Program-made: the position numbers and the translations under genes
Part shown: one piece after another, positions 1-9,272 of the stretch
How the letters are laid out: each line of letters begins with the position of its first letter
Numbering within the stretch: the first letter of the stretch is position 1
Notes under the pieces: model-generated
Told to the model about the DNA's origin: nothing
Databases searched by the model: none
What the model saw: the letters and a program-made list of their open reading frames with translations, nothing else
Assembly: GCA_965223665.1 (NCBI GenBank)
Contig: OZ245011.1
Coordinates: forward strand, 2,624,001 to 2,688,000
Origin: Nitrospinaceae bacterium
Lineage (GTDB): Bacteria > Nitrospinota > Nitrospinia > Nitrospinales > Nitrospinaceae
Direction: 5' to 3'
DNA: 64,000 nucleotides

Positions 1-135
1 CCCCAACCAATGTTCGAAAAATTTCCTAACGAAATTGTTAGGATTCCTCAATACGATACGCGGGTCAGATCATTAAATTTATCTAATGTTGTTTCGATTG
101 CAGTTTATGAAGCCTTAAGACAATTGGGATTGTAG
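1..135 (+). CDS. trmL: tRNA (cytidine/uridine-34-2'-O)-methyltransferase, 3' end (partial)
   Basis: Manual frame-1 translation ...VRIPQYDTRVRSLNLSNVVSIAVYEALRQLGL* matches the SPOUT/TrmL C-terminal motif RSLNLSN..A.YEA.RQ. Confidence 0.85.
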   Translation, partial: PQPMFEKFPNEIVRIPQYDTRVRSLNLSNVVSIAVYEALRQLGL

Positions 136-137
136 TA

Positions 138-1124
138 TTAAGGCTCTTGAAAATTGACTCGCAATAAAATCTTTTCTCCATTTACATCAAATGGAACAAA
201 AAATTGAGGACCAACACTTTCTGAAACCTCATCCCACTCAACCTCTCCCATTTTAGCTTTAGGCAAGCCTAATTGAAAATTTAACCCTGTCCCATTTAAA
301 TGATTCGATGATTCATTGGAATGCACCAGTTTAAAAATTTCATTAGAATATTCTGCAATTTTTACTTTGACTATCCCGCCAATTATATTTCCCAATTCTT
401 CCACGACCCCACAAATCATTGAAAGATCAATCTCCCCAAAAATCATTTCATAAATAGTACAAGCCACATTTTTCGGAAAATATAAAAAGATGAGTAATCT
501 AACTTTATGCTCTTCATCTGTAAGATCGATTAGTGAACTAAAGTCCCCTTTCGCGTCACATTTCTCAATGGCTTCACCAGGATCTGCGGAAATCATATAT
601 TGACCAAAAGATTCAACGGCTGATTCCACAAACGCAGAAATGATTTTCCCATCCACAGAACCTTGGTCATTTGTCTGAACAGGTGGTGAAGACTTTTCAT
701 GCTTCTGTTCAAAACAAATAAATCCATTATTTTGACTTAAACCTTCAATTGCTTTTGCAAGCTCATCTTTTAAGAACGGTTTTCCTAGATATCCATTAGC
801 TCCAAAATTATTAAACCTATCAATTAATAAGGGATATTTTTCACCACTTATTATTAACAATTTGGCATTACGGTTTTTTTCATTATCATGACTTCTAATT
901 TTTCCAATCAGATTCTCTGTACTCACAAACTTTAAATGAATACTTGTCGTTATCAAATCAAACTCACGCAAATCTAACATCATTAATGCTTGTTGACCAT
1001 CTGTAGCCAAACAAATATTTTTTGTATCAAAACCAATTCCCATCAGAAATTGTTTGATTAAAAGTGTCATACTATTGGAATTGTCAATAACCAAAACTTT
1101 CCATTCTTCGTAGCTCTTGCTCAT
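138..1124 (-). CDS. Atypical receiver domain fused to CheX/CheC-like phosphatase domain
   Basis: N-terminal REC fold (VLVIDNS, YLGKPF); C-terminal CheX-like region with EELGNIIGG (E-x2-N) motif. Confidence 0.7.
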   Translation of the reverse strand: MSKSYEEWKVLVIDNSNSMTLLIKQFLMGIGFDTKNICLATDGQQALMMLDLREFDLITTSIHLKFVSTENLIGKIRSHDNEKNRNAKLLIISGEKYPLLIDRFNNFGANGYLGKPFLKDELAKAIEGLSQNNGFICFEQKHEKSSPPVQTNDQGSVDGKIISAFVESAVESFGQYMISADPGEAIEKCDAKGDFSSLIDLTDEEHKVRLLIFLYFPKNVACTIYEMIFGEIDLSMICGVVEELGNIIGGIVKVKIAEYSNEIFKLVHSNESSNHLNGTGLNFQLGLPKAKMGEVEWDEVSESVGPQFFVPFDVNGEKILLRVNFQEP

Positions 1125-1300
1125 AACTTCCTGAATTATAAAGAGTTAACGTAAAATTAAAGTGGGGTAATTAAAAAATATTAATCCTCACTTAAGAGTT
1201 TTTTAATTTTAAAAAATTAAACTGGGTACACAAGTAATAGGCTTTAGGTTTCAGGATAACATAAGAAAGTTGTCTTTCAACTACAGGAGAGGAAAACAAA

Positions 1301-1774
1301 ATGAATAAAAAACTTAACAAATTAGGATTAATGCTAAAGACCAACGTTTTATTTTCTTTTATGGTGCTAACCCTCGGAATGGTTGTACTTCCAGCTTTTA
1401 GTCAAGCTGCTGGAACATGCCCCCAACCTAGAAAAACCAAATCCGCTCCCGCAAACTTGCAAAAAATGGCAATTCCAGCCAGTGCAGATGCAGCAGCAGG
1501 AAAAAAAATATTTGAAAAAACTTCAAAACCCTTGGCTTGCAAAATGTGTCATGGAGAAAAAGGAGATGGTAATGGAAAACTTGGGAAAGCCTTAAAGCCT
1601 TCTCCACGAAATTTCACATGTGAAGCAACAATGAAGAATGTTTCTGCGGGTCAAATGTTTTGGATTATTAAAAATGGTTCCAAGGGAACCGGTATGGTTG
1701 CCCATGGTAAAACCCTGAAAGATCCTGATATTTGGAATGTTGTGAAATATATCCGTACAGATTTGATGAAATAA
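1301..1774 (+). CDS. Periplasmic monoheme c-type cytochrome
   Basis: Signal peptide, CKMCH heme motif, P-RNFT and GSKGTGM (axial Met) motifs; RBS GGAGAGGA. Confidence 0.9.
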   Translation: MNKKLNKLGLMLKTNVLFSFMVLTLGMVVLPAFSQAAGTCPQPRKTKSAPANLQKMAIPASADAAAGKKIFEKTSKPLACKMCHGEKGDGNGKLGKALKPSPRNFTCEATMKNVSAGQMFWIIKNGSKGTGMVAHGKTLKDPDIWNVVKYIRTDLMK

Positions 1775-1828
1775 TTTTAAGTTTGGATATCTCTATTTCC
1801 AATTTGAAAGAAGAAAGGGAGGAATACC

Positions 1829-2635
1829 ATGAAAAAACACATTTTAAAAACATTCACTTTATTTTCCATAATGTTATTGGCTGCACTGCCCGTTTATGCC
1901 AAAAAGAGTAAATACGAAGTTATTAAAGTTGAAAACGGTGGGACTTTAACAGGGATAGTAAAATTTAAAGGAGAAGTACCTCCCCCTATACTTGAGGATT
2001 TAAAAAAAGGGAAAAATTCCGAGTTTTGTTCGACTCACCCTGACGCAGGGAAGGATGGAATCCGACCCCGAACTAAAATTTCTGTAACAAATGGAAATCT
2101 TGAAGGAGCAGTGGTTCTTATAGAAACCCTTAATAAAGGAAAAGATTGGAATAACGAGCCAATTAATTTCGATTTTAAAAATTGCGATATTTTTCCAAAA
2201 GTAACAGTAGTACGAAAAACACCTAAAGGAATGAAGGAAGGTCTTGTACTAATTAAAAACCATGACCCGGATATCCTGCATAATCCTCACGGATATTCCA
2301 AAGTAGGTGCAAATGCTAAAACTCTTTTTAATAAACCCCTTCCAAGCAAAGGGGACGTTGCAGATGTCACAAAAAGTTTAAAAAGGTTTAAAGCAAAAAA
2401 AGACAAACATTTTTTCCTGCAATGTGATCAACACAATTTTATGGAAGCTGATGCTCGAATTGTTTATAACCCATATTATTCTGTCACAGGGAAAGATGGA
2501 GTTTTTAATTTAGATCAAATTCCTGCAGGTAACTATAAAATTACGGCTTGGCATCCTTATCTAGGCCAAGTAACTCAGGAAGTCGAAGTTCCAGCAGGTG
2601 GAAACTCAAAAGTTACGTTTGAGCTTTCAAAATAA
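1829..2635 (+). CDS. Secreted carboxypeptidase-regulatory-like/cupredoxin-like protein
   Basis: Signal peptide; GTLTGIVKFKG start, HNPH...CDQHNFM, IPAGNYKITAWHP. Confidence 0.7.
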   Translation: MKKHILKTFTLFSIMLLAALPVYAKKSKYEVIKVENGGTLTGIVKFKGEVPPPILEDLKKGKNSEFCSTHPDAGKDGIRPRTKISVTNGNLEGAVVLIETLNKGKDWNNEPINFDFKNCDIFPKVTVVRKTPKGMKEGLVLIKNHDPDILHNPHGYSKVGANAKTLFNKPLPSKGDVADVTKSLKRFKAKKDKHFFLQCDQHNFMEADARIVYNPYYSVTGKDGVFNLDQIPAGNYKITAWHPYLGQVTQEVEVPAGGNSKVTFELSK

Positions 2636-2658
2636 AAGCCTAACCTCCCATTAGGTCG

Positions 2659-2690
2659 GCGTCGGAGTGAAAACTCCGACGCTTTTTTTT
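2659..2690 (+). terminator. Rho-independent terminator
   Basis: 10-bp stem GCGTCGGAGT-GAAA-ACTCCGACGC followed by T8. Confidence 0.9.
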
Positions 2691-2790
2691 ACAAAATAAC
2701 TTCCCTATCCCTCTCGCAGGAATCTTATTGAATTCCTTAATTTTTAAATGTATAAACGAAACTTATGTCAATCCCTCGGGATGGGAGATT

Positions 2791-4374
2791 ATGGCTCAAA
2801 AGTTTTTAAGTAAAATTGGAACCTTAGTATTTTCTTTATTGGGAGTTGCCGTATTATTTTTTTCTTCCTGCCAAGAATCAAAAGAAACTCCCAAACCAAC
2901 TTCCAATTCAAAACAAATCCACCAAGCTCAAGACTTATTTCTTAATTTCATCAAAGAAGGCAATATTAAAAAGATTCAACAGGCATTAAACTCTGATCCT
3001 CCACTTAATCAAAATACATTAAACGAAAGCCTCCTCCTATCACTGGATTCCAATCAAACCGATACTGCAAACTTATTGTTAGATCATAAAGCTGATCCCA
3101 ATGCAAAAGATGAAGAAGGATTTACAGCTCTGATGGAGGCAGCCTTACATGGTGATTTAAAAATGGTTCAACGGTTACTTCAATTAGGTGCAGACATAAA
3201 AGCTATAGATAATGAAGGGAGAACGTTATTAATGTGTGCAGCTTCCGGAGGAAACCTTGAGATAGTCAATATCCTTCTCGAAAAAGGAGTAGATGTTAAT
3301 ACTCAAGATCAATATGGTTTTACAAGCTTAATGTGGGCTTCGGCTGCCAATCAATTTGCTATTGTAGATACATTGATTAACCATAATACGAAAATACAAA
3401 TTAAAAGTAACAATGGCTATACAGCATTATGGCTGGCCGCCATCCGGGGAAATAAAAAAATCGTTAATTTACTCTTAGAAAAAGGTGCTAAGGCTGATAT
3501 CCAAAATCAAGATGGGTTGTCTTTATTAATGGATCTTGCAGTAGGCGGCGAAGTTGAAATTGTAAAATCTTTACTGGAACATGGTGCAGATGCAAATTCT
3601 AAAGATAATTTTGGCCGCACTCCACTCATTGACATCGCTTATCGCGGAGAAATTGATAGAGTTAAATTACTTCTTGAATATGGTGCAGATGTAAATGAAA
3701 AGGATGGAGAAGGATTAACCGCTTTAATGGCTGCTGTAGGTAGAGGAAATAGTGAAATTGTAAAGCTTTTGCTGGACAAAAAATCTGATCCCAACGCAAA
3801 AGACCAATTAGGAAGAACCCCGTTAATGGATGCAGTGCAAGGAGGGCAATTTGAAATTGCCCAATTGCTTTTACAATACAAAGCAGATGTTAATGTTAAA
3901 GATCAAAATGACATCACTCCCTTAAAAGTAGCCGCAGCTAGAGGGAATTTAAATATAGTTAAATTGCTATTAGACCATGGTGCAATGTATCAATCTTCCA
4001 AAGCAGAAGGTTTTACCGCTCTCACCAGTGCTGCCTTTGGTGGAAATCCTGACGTCGTTCAACTCTTTCTGAATAAAGGTGTGGATATCAATGAAAAAGA
4101 CAACCGTGGTTTAACCCCATTAATTAGCGCATCGTTTGGTAACAATTTAGACATTGTAAAAATGTTATTGGATAAAAAAGCGGAAGTCAACGCAACAACT
4201 AATAACGGTTGGACTGCTCTTATGAGCGCTGCTTTTAGTGGAAACGAAAAAATTGTAAAGTTATTACTTCAGAACGGCGCTGACGTAAAAGCAAAAACGC
4301 AAGATGGATGGGATGCAAAAAAAAGTGCTGAAATGGGTGGACATAAAAAAATCTTGCAACTTCTAAAAGGCTAA
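2791..4374 (+). CDS. Ankyrin-repeat lipoprotein (~13 repeats)
   Basis: Repeated GADVNxKDxxGxTPL units; lipobox-like FFSSC after a hydrophobic stretch; ATG 2791 preferred over ORF start 2728. Confidence 0.9.
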   Translation: MAQKFLSKIGTLVFSLLGVAVLFFSSCQESKETPKPTSNSKQIHQAQDLFLNFIKEGNIKKIQQALNSDPPLNQNTLNESLLLSLDSNQTDTANLLLDHKADPNAKDEEGFTALMEAALHGDLKMVQRLLQLGADIKAIDNEGRTLLMCAASGGNLEIVNILLEKGVDVNTQDQYGFTSLMWASAANQFAIVDTLINHNTKIQIKSNNGYTALWLAAIRGNKKIVNLLLEKGAKADIQNQDGLSLLMDLAVGGEVEIVKSLLEHGADANSKDNFGRTPLIDIAYRGEIDRVKLLLEYGADVNEKDGEGLTALMAAVGRGNSEIVKLLLDKKSDPNAKDQLGRTPLMDAVQGGQFEIAQLLLQYKADVNVKDQNDITPLKVAAARGNLNIVKLLLDHGAMYQSSKAEGFTALTSAAFGGNPDVVQLFLNKGVDINEKDNRGLTPLISASFGNNLDIVKMLLDKKAEVNATTNNGWTALMSAAFSGNEKIVKLLLQNGADVKAKTQDGWDAKKSAEMGGHKKILQLLKG

Positions 4375-4437
4375 TGACAACATTTAAAACTTTTTTAAAC
4401 AAGTTATTCCAAAAATATTATTGGTAAAAAAATTAAA

Positions 4438-5493
4438 CTAACTCAACAACACCTGATTTTTACCATTTGATTTAGCTCTTAATAAAGCAGCATCGGCTCT
4501 TTTGAATAGAGACAATTCGTTATCGCCTTCTTTAATTTCAGCTATCCCAACACTCACTGTAATTTGGACACGTTTTTCCTTATCCGCATAAACATCATTC
4601 ACTAAATGAGTGCGAACATTATCAATGCGAGCACGAAACCTTTCAGCAACGGCTTGAGCATCTTTTATTTTGGCCTTATTGAAAATTACCGCAAACTCCT
4701 CCCCTCCATATCGAAACACAACATCATTTTCTCTTATTGAAGATCGAATTATATTGGCAATAGAAATCAAAGCATTGTCTCCAGCATCGTGACCATACTT
4801 ATCATTAATGCTCTTAAAATTATCAATATCAATAACTCCAAGGCAAGCAGGTTCCTTTAATCTATTGAAGTGGTTGACCATTTGAGATATTTTCATATCA
4901 TATGCTGCTCGGTTTAATACTTTTGTCAGCGCATCAATAATTACCCTCGCCTCAGATTCCTTTAAACGTTTATTAAGTTCCTCACTTAGTTTCTGGGATT
5001 TTATTAATTGATTTTGAACAGTAGCAAACCCTTGCTTTACGGATCTGGTTTTTTCCAATATTTTCTTTTTAAGTGCCCGGATATCTTTTAAGTCGTCGGT
5101 TTGCTCCATTTCCTGAATAAACCCGTCAAGTTCATTATCAAATGCTCCTGTAGGTTGAGCAATTTCTTTAATACTTACTGTCAATTCACGTACTACATCA
5201 ACCAAGTTTTCTTTTTCTAAGAGACGGAAATCATCTTCTATTTTCTTGTTATCAAAATATTCAGAGACTTCTTTATGCAAACCGGTGGGTTCTTTTTCCT
5301 CAAGAGTTTTCTCAATGACTCGGTTTAATTCTCCTAACTTTCCTGAAAGGCTTTGCTTCTCTCCTAAAAGCTGGATTATACCGTTTGTAAAAGCAATAAC
5401 TATTCGGGACAAACGCTCGACATAGTCCACCGAAACCAATTGACCGCCGGGCAATTTGATTTTGTCATTCATTGTTTGAACTTCTCTAACCAT
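4438..5493 (-). CDS. Diguanylate cyclase (coiled-coil + GGDEF)
   Basis: DALTKVLNR, DIDNFKSIND.YGH, RYGGEEF, KSNGKN. Confidence 0.9.
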   Translation of the reverse strand: MVREVQTMNDKIKLPGGQLVSVDYVERLSRIVIAFTNGIIQLLGEKQSLSGKLGELNRVIEKTLEEKEPTGLHKEVSEYFDNKKIEDDFRLLEKENLVDVVRELTVSIKEIAQPTGAFDNELDGFIQEMEQTDDLKDIRALKKKILEKTRSVKQGFATVQNQLIKSQKLSEELNKRLKESEARVIIDALTKVLNRAAYDMKISQMVNHFNRLKEPACLGVIDIDNFKSINDKYGHDAGDNALISIANIIRSSIRENDVVFRYGGEEFAVIFNKAKIKDAQAVAERFRARIDNVRTHLVNDVYADKEKRVQITVSVGIAEIKEGDNELSLFKRADAALLRAKSNGKNQVLLS

Positions 5494-5584
5494 TTAATTT
5501 TATAAAAGTTATTTTAAAAGGGTCTTTAAAATTGTAACAAAATTTGGGGAGAGGCGGAATATTTCTAATATTAATTTTTGGGGG

Positions 5585-6313
5585 TTACTTCATCGAACTC
5601 TGGGCACAACGAAAACCAAAGTTAGAATTTCTCACATCCGGCGCTGACCAATACCGAGTTACAGAGGTAATATGTTTAATACTGGAATACCAAGATCCTC
5701 CTCTTAAAACCTTATCTTGGCCATTTTCAGGACCTTTTGGGTTTTTTAAGGGGCTCTTTTCATAATACTTTCTATCATACCAATCAGCATTCCATTCCCA
5801 AACATTTCCGGCCATATCATAAAGTCCAAATGAATTTGGAAGTTTTTTGGCAACAGGATGAGTTTGGTCATCTGCATTATCATCAAACCAGGCGTAATCA
5901 CCAGGTTCATTTTTTCCCCAATAGTGCAGAGTCACCGAACCTCCTCGAATAGCCTTTTCCCATTCGGCTTCCGTGGGTAGACGCTTTCCTATTTTTGAAC
6001 AATAAGCTTTTGCTTCAAACCAGGTAACTTGATCAACCGGTAAATCAGGGTTTTGAAATTTTGATGGATTGTCCTTCATTATTTTTACATATTCCGCTTG
6101 GGTCACTTCATGTATATCAATAAAATAGGAATCTAAAAATACATTATGAGGAGTTTTATTGCTAACTCCTTCCCACCCCATAATAAATTCTCCTGAGGGT
6201 ATTTTAACCATGTTGTCTGGGGTAGCCGACCAAGATACCCCTAAATTAAAGAAAAAGATGAAAAAGAAAATAACTGAAAACTTTTTCACTGTATTAAAAA
6301 AAAATAAATTCAT
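5585..6313 (-). CDS. Formylglycine-generating enzyme (FGE/SUMF1) family protein
   Basis: Signal peptide; RLPTEAEWEKA, GLYDMAGNVWEW, RGGSW, GFRCA. Confidence 0.9.
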   Translation of the reverse strand: MNLFFFNTVKKFSVIFFFIFFFNLGVSWSATPDNMVKIPSGEFIMGWEGVSNKTPHNVFLDSYFIDIHEVTQAEYVKIMKDNPSKFQNPDLPVDQVTWFEAKAYCSKIGKRLPTEAEWEKAIRGGSVTLHYWGKNEPGDYAWFDDNADDQTHPVAKKLPNSFGLYDMAGNVWEWNADWYDRKYYEKSPLKNPKGPENGQDKVLRGGSWYSSIKHITSVTRYWSAPDVRNSNFGFRCAQSSMK

Positions 6314-6436
6314 GACTTACTTATCCAATCCTTCTTAGAGGTCAATTTAAATTGAAAAAATCTTGGCCTAATTTTGATGAAAGCTATAATATCATAGTCT
6401 TTTAAAAATAATACTCACTCAAATTATGGAAACACA

Positions 6437-6817
6437 TTGAGCTTTTGGAATTTATTCAAAAATAAAAAATTAAAAGAACTTGAAGAAGCTGTTAGTAAAA
6501 ATCCACTGGACCCAAAAGTCCATTTTGAATTAGGAAATGAACTGGAACTTGCCGGGAAGTATCAGGAAGCGATCAAATCGTTTAAAGAAACCATTCGATT
6601 GCACCCTACATCTGCCGAGGCCCATTTTAATTTAGGGATACTTTTTGCCCAATTAGAGGATGGAAGAGAAGCCATTAAACACATGGTACAAGCGGGAAAT
6701 TTATTTTCCCAAAGAAAGAATACCTCTGACCAGGAAAAAGCCAGGAAAAAACTCCGTGAACTTCACAATAAGTTCCCTGAGGCTTTAAAAAAAAATGAAC
6801 CGAAAAATTCCCCCTAA
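6437..6817 (+). CDS. TPR-repeat protein
   Basis: HFELGNEL...AIKSFKETIRLHPTSAEAHFNLG TPR pattern. Confidence 0.8.
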   Translation: MSFWNLFKNKKLKELEEAVSKNPLDPKVHFELGNELELAGKYQEAIKSFKETIRLHPTSAEAHFNLGILFAQLEDGREAIKHMVQAGNLFSQRKNTSDQEKARKKLRELHNKFPEALKKNEPKNSP

Positions 6818-6954
6818 AAATCCCGAAAATTCAATTCCTCACCAATTCAAGTTCTTAATTTAAGATTTATTTTTTTAAAATCAATTTTTTGAACTAAACT
6901 GTAAACCTGATAAACTTTTATTCAACAAATAATAATTTTGTCTAAAGTAAAAGA

Positions 6955-8490
6955 ATGAATGTTTGCCTAATTGAGCCTTCTAAGTTTGTTTCTTTAACAA
7001 ATTTTGTTTCAACTATTAGTATGCCACCCATTGGCCTGGCCTATATTGCATCCGCAGTCCGGGAAGCCGGGCACAAGGTAACGGTGATAGATAGCCCTGG
7101 TTCAGCTCCTCGAAAATATACTCCTTTTCGCGAAGTTAGGCTTCGTGGTTTATCTAATTCTGAAATTATTGAAAGAATTCCTAAAGATTGTCAGGTCATT
7201 GGACTAAGCTGCATGTTCACCTCAAATTGGGTTTATGTTAGAGAATTAATCAGAGAAATTCGTAATAATTTTCCAGATCAAAAACTAATTATGGGAGGGG
7301 AACATGTCACAGGATTTCCTGAGTTTTCATTACAACAGGCTCCTCTAGACTTGGTCATAATGGGTGAAGGAGAAGAAACAATTGTTAAAGTTCTCAGTTG
7401 TTGGGAACAAAACAATCCAGTAGATGATTTAAAGGGAATTGCTTTTAGAAAACCCGATGGGAAAGTTCAAATAAATTCTCGTCATGACAGAATTAAGGAA
7501 ATTGACGAAATACCCTGGCCTGCTTGGGACTTATTCGATATTGATTCTTACAACGAAGTAAACCAACCTCATGGTTCCTCCCAAGGAAAATTTATGCCAA
7601 TGCTAGCGACAAGAGGTTGCCCTTTCCAATGCACCTTTTGCACTAGTCCAAATATGTGGACTACAGCTTGGATTCCAAGAAACCATAAGTTAGTAGTTGA
7701 TGAAATGGAACATTACTATCAAAAATATGGAGTCACTGATTTCCAATTTGAAGATCTCACTGCAATCGTCAGAAAAGATTGGATCCAAAACTTTTGTGAC
7801 GAAATAATTGATAGGAAGCTTAACTTTACTTTTCAAATGCCCTCTGGAACACGTAGTGAATCCATAGATTTTGAAGTCGCCAAAAAACTTAAAGCCGCTG
7901 GGTGTCATGAGTTTGCGTTTGCGCCTGAATCGGGAGATCCTAAAGTCCTTAAAGCCATTAAAAAGAAGGTTGACCTTCCCGCTATGTACAAAGCAGCAGA
8001 TGCTGCTCTCAAAGCGGGTATCAATGTGGGATGTTTTTTTATAATTGGTTTTCCTGAGGATACCTATAGGAGTGTGATAAAAACTTTTGGAGCTATGATA
8101 AAGTGTGCTTGGAAAGGTTTCACGAATGTAAATCTTAACGGCTACTCTCCACAACCCAATACGGAATCTTTTAATTCTCTCCAAAAAGATGGAGTCATCA
8201 GAAATTTAGACGACAATTATTTAATGAGTTTATTTACTTTCCAGGATTTTGGGGCAAAAAAAACTTCCTACAACAAAAAGTTTGGGGACCGCGAACTTTC
8301 TTTTTTGGTTATTTTCGGGCAAAGCTTGTTCTACATTTTTTACTTTATTAGAAAACCCAAACGCATTTTCCTATTAATTCGCGATCTTTTTTCAGAATCT
8401 TCCAGTAATAAAAGTAATAAAATGGCAAAGTCTGCATTAAAAGATGCTTTTACAATTATCAAAGCCAGGTTAATGAAACCAATCTCATAA
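6955..8490 (+). CDS. B12-binding radical SAM protein
   Basis: PPIGLAYIAS, GGEHVT, GEGEET, RGCPFQCTFC (CxxxCxxC). Confidence 0.9.
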   Translation: MNVCLIEPSKFVSLTNFVSTISMPPIGLAYIASAVREAGHKVTVIDSPGSAPRKYTPFREVRLRGLSNSEIIERIPKDCQVIGLSCMFTSNWVYVRELIREIRNNFPDQKLIMGGEHVTGFPEFSLQQAPLDLVIMGEGEETIVKVLSCWEQNNPVDDLKGIAFRKPDGKVQINSRHDRIKEIDEIPWPAWDLFDIDSYNEVNQPHGSSQGKFMPMLATRGCPFQCTFCTSPNMWTTAWIPRNHKLVVDEMEHYYQKYGVTDFQFEDLTAIVRKDWIQNFCDEIIDRKLNFTFQMPSGTRSESIDFEVAKKLKAAGCHEFAFAPESGDPKVLKAIKKKVDLPAMYKAADAALKAGINVGCFFIIGFPEDTYRSVIKTFGAMIKCAWKGFTNVNLNGYSPQPNTESFNSLQKDGVIRNLDDNYLMSLFTFQDFGAKKTSYNKKFGDRELSFLVIFGQSLFYIFYFIRKPKRIFLLIRDLFSESSSNKSNKMAKSALKDAFTIIKARLMKPIS

Positions 8491-8509
8491 AAGTTTCATA
8501 AAGAAATAA

Positions 8510-9190
8510 TTACTTTTTAGCGACTAAAAATGACTGTTTTCCCATAATCTGCCAGGCAAGAGGAAACTTAAGATAAAGCTTAACCAATAAAGGGTGCTGA
8601 GGAATTTTGCTTTTGGTGGTAAAGGGTAAAAACCGGTCAATCACCTTTTCAATTGAAAAACTTTTTGCTTCTAAGCCTTCTATAAGACTTTTTTCAGTTA
8701 AAGGGACGTGATGATCAAAAAAATCCCAATATTCAAATTTACAATAACGTATATTTGGTTGCAGAATTAAAAATTTTCCCCCTGGTCTTAGCAAGCGGTG
8801 TACCTCTCCAAAGGTTTGGAATACTTCCTCCTTATTTTTCAAATGCTCTAAAAAATTACTGCAAAATACAATGTCCAGGGATTGTTCTGGTAAAACTGAA
8901 ATATCTGTAGATCCCAAGTGATATACTTTGACATCCGGTTCAGCAAAATGGGGAGTGTCCTTATTTAAATCTATTGCAAATTTATTTTTACACTTTATAT
9001 TGTTGATGAAATCGCAGTATCCAGCTCCTAAATCCAACACGTCGCTGTCAAGGGGAACGAATTGTTGAAAAAAGTCCGGACATAATACTTGCCAAATTTT
9101 GGTTTTAGCAGAAACTTCTTTATTGCTAAATCGACCTTGATATATTTTTTCTAAAGTTGAATTTAATTGATCTTTTTCTAAATTCTTCAT
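8510..9190 (-). CDS. Class I SAM-dependent methyltransferase
   Basis: VLDLGAGYC, SNFLEHL, LLRPGG. Confidence 0.85.
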   Translation of the reverse strand: MKNLEKDQLNSTLEKIYQGRFSNKEVSAKTKIWQVLCPDFFQQFVPLDSDVLDLGAGYCDFINNIKCKNKFAIDLNKDTPHFAEPDVKVYHLGSTDISVLPEQSLDIVFCSNFLEHLKNKEEVFQTFGEVHRLLRPGGKFLILQPNIRYCKFEYWDFFDHHVPLTEKSLIEGLEAKSFSIEKVIDRFLPFTTKSKIPQHPLLVKLYLKFPLAWQIMGKQSFLVAKK

Positions 9191-9272
9191 TTTTCAATTT
9201 CTAATTTTTAAAATTTATTTTTGAATCAAGTTTAAACTAAAAATTGTTTAATTAAAATTTTAAATAAAAATT

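Noticed and set aside
5585-6313. FGE/CLec-fold gene as a diversity-generating retroelement target
   Set aside because: No reverse transcriptase and no template-repeat copy of its 3' end were seen in the window.
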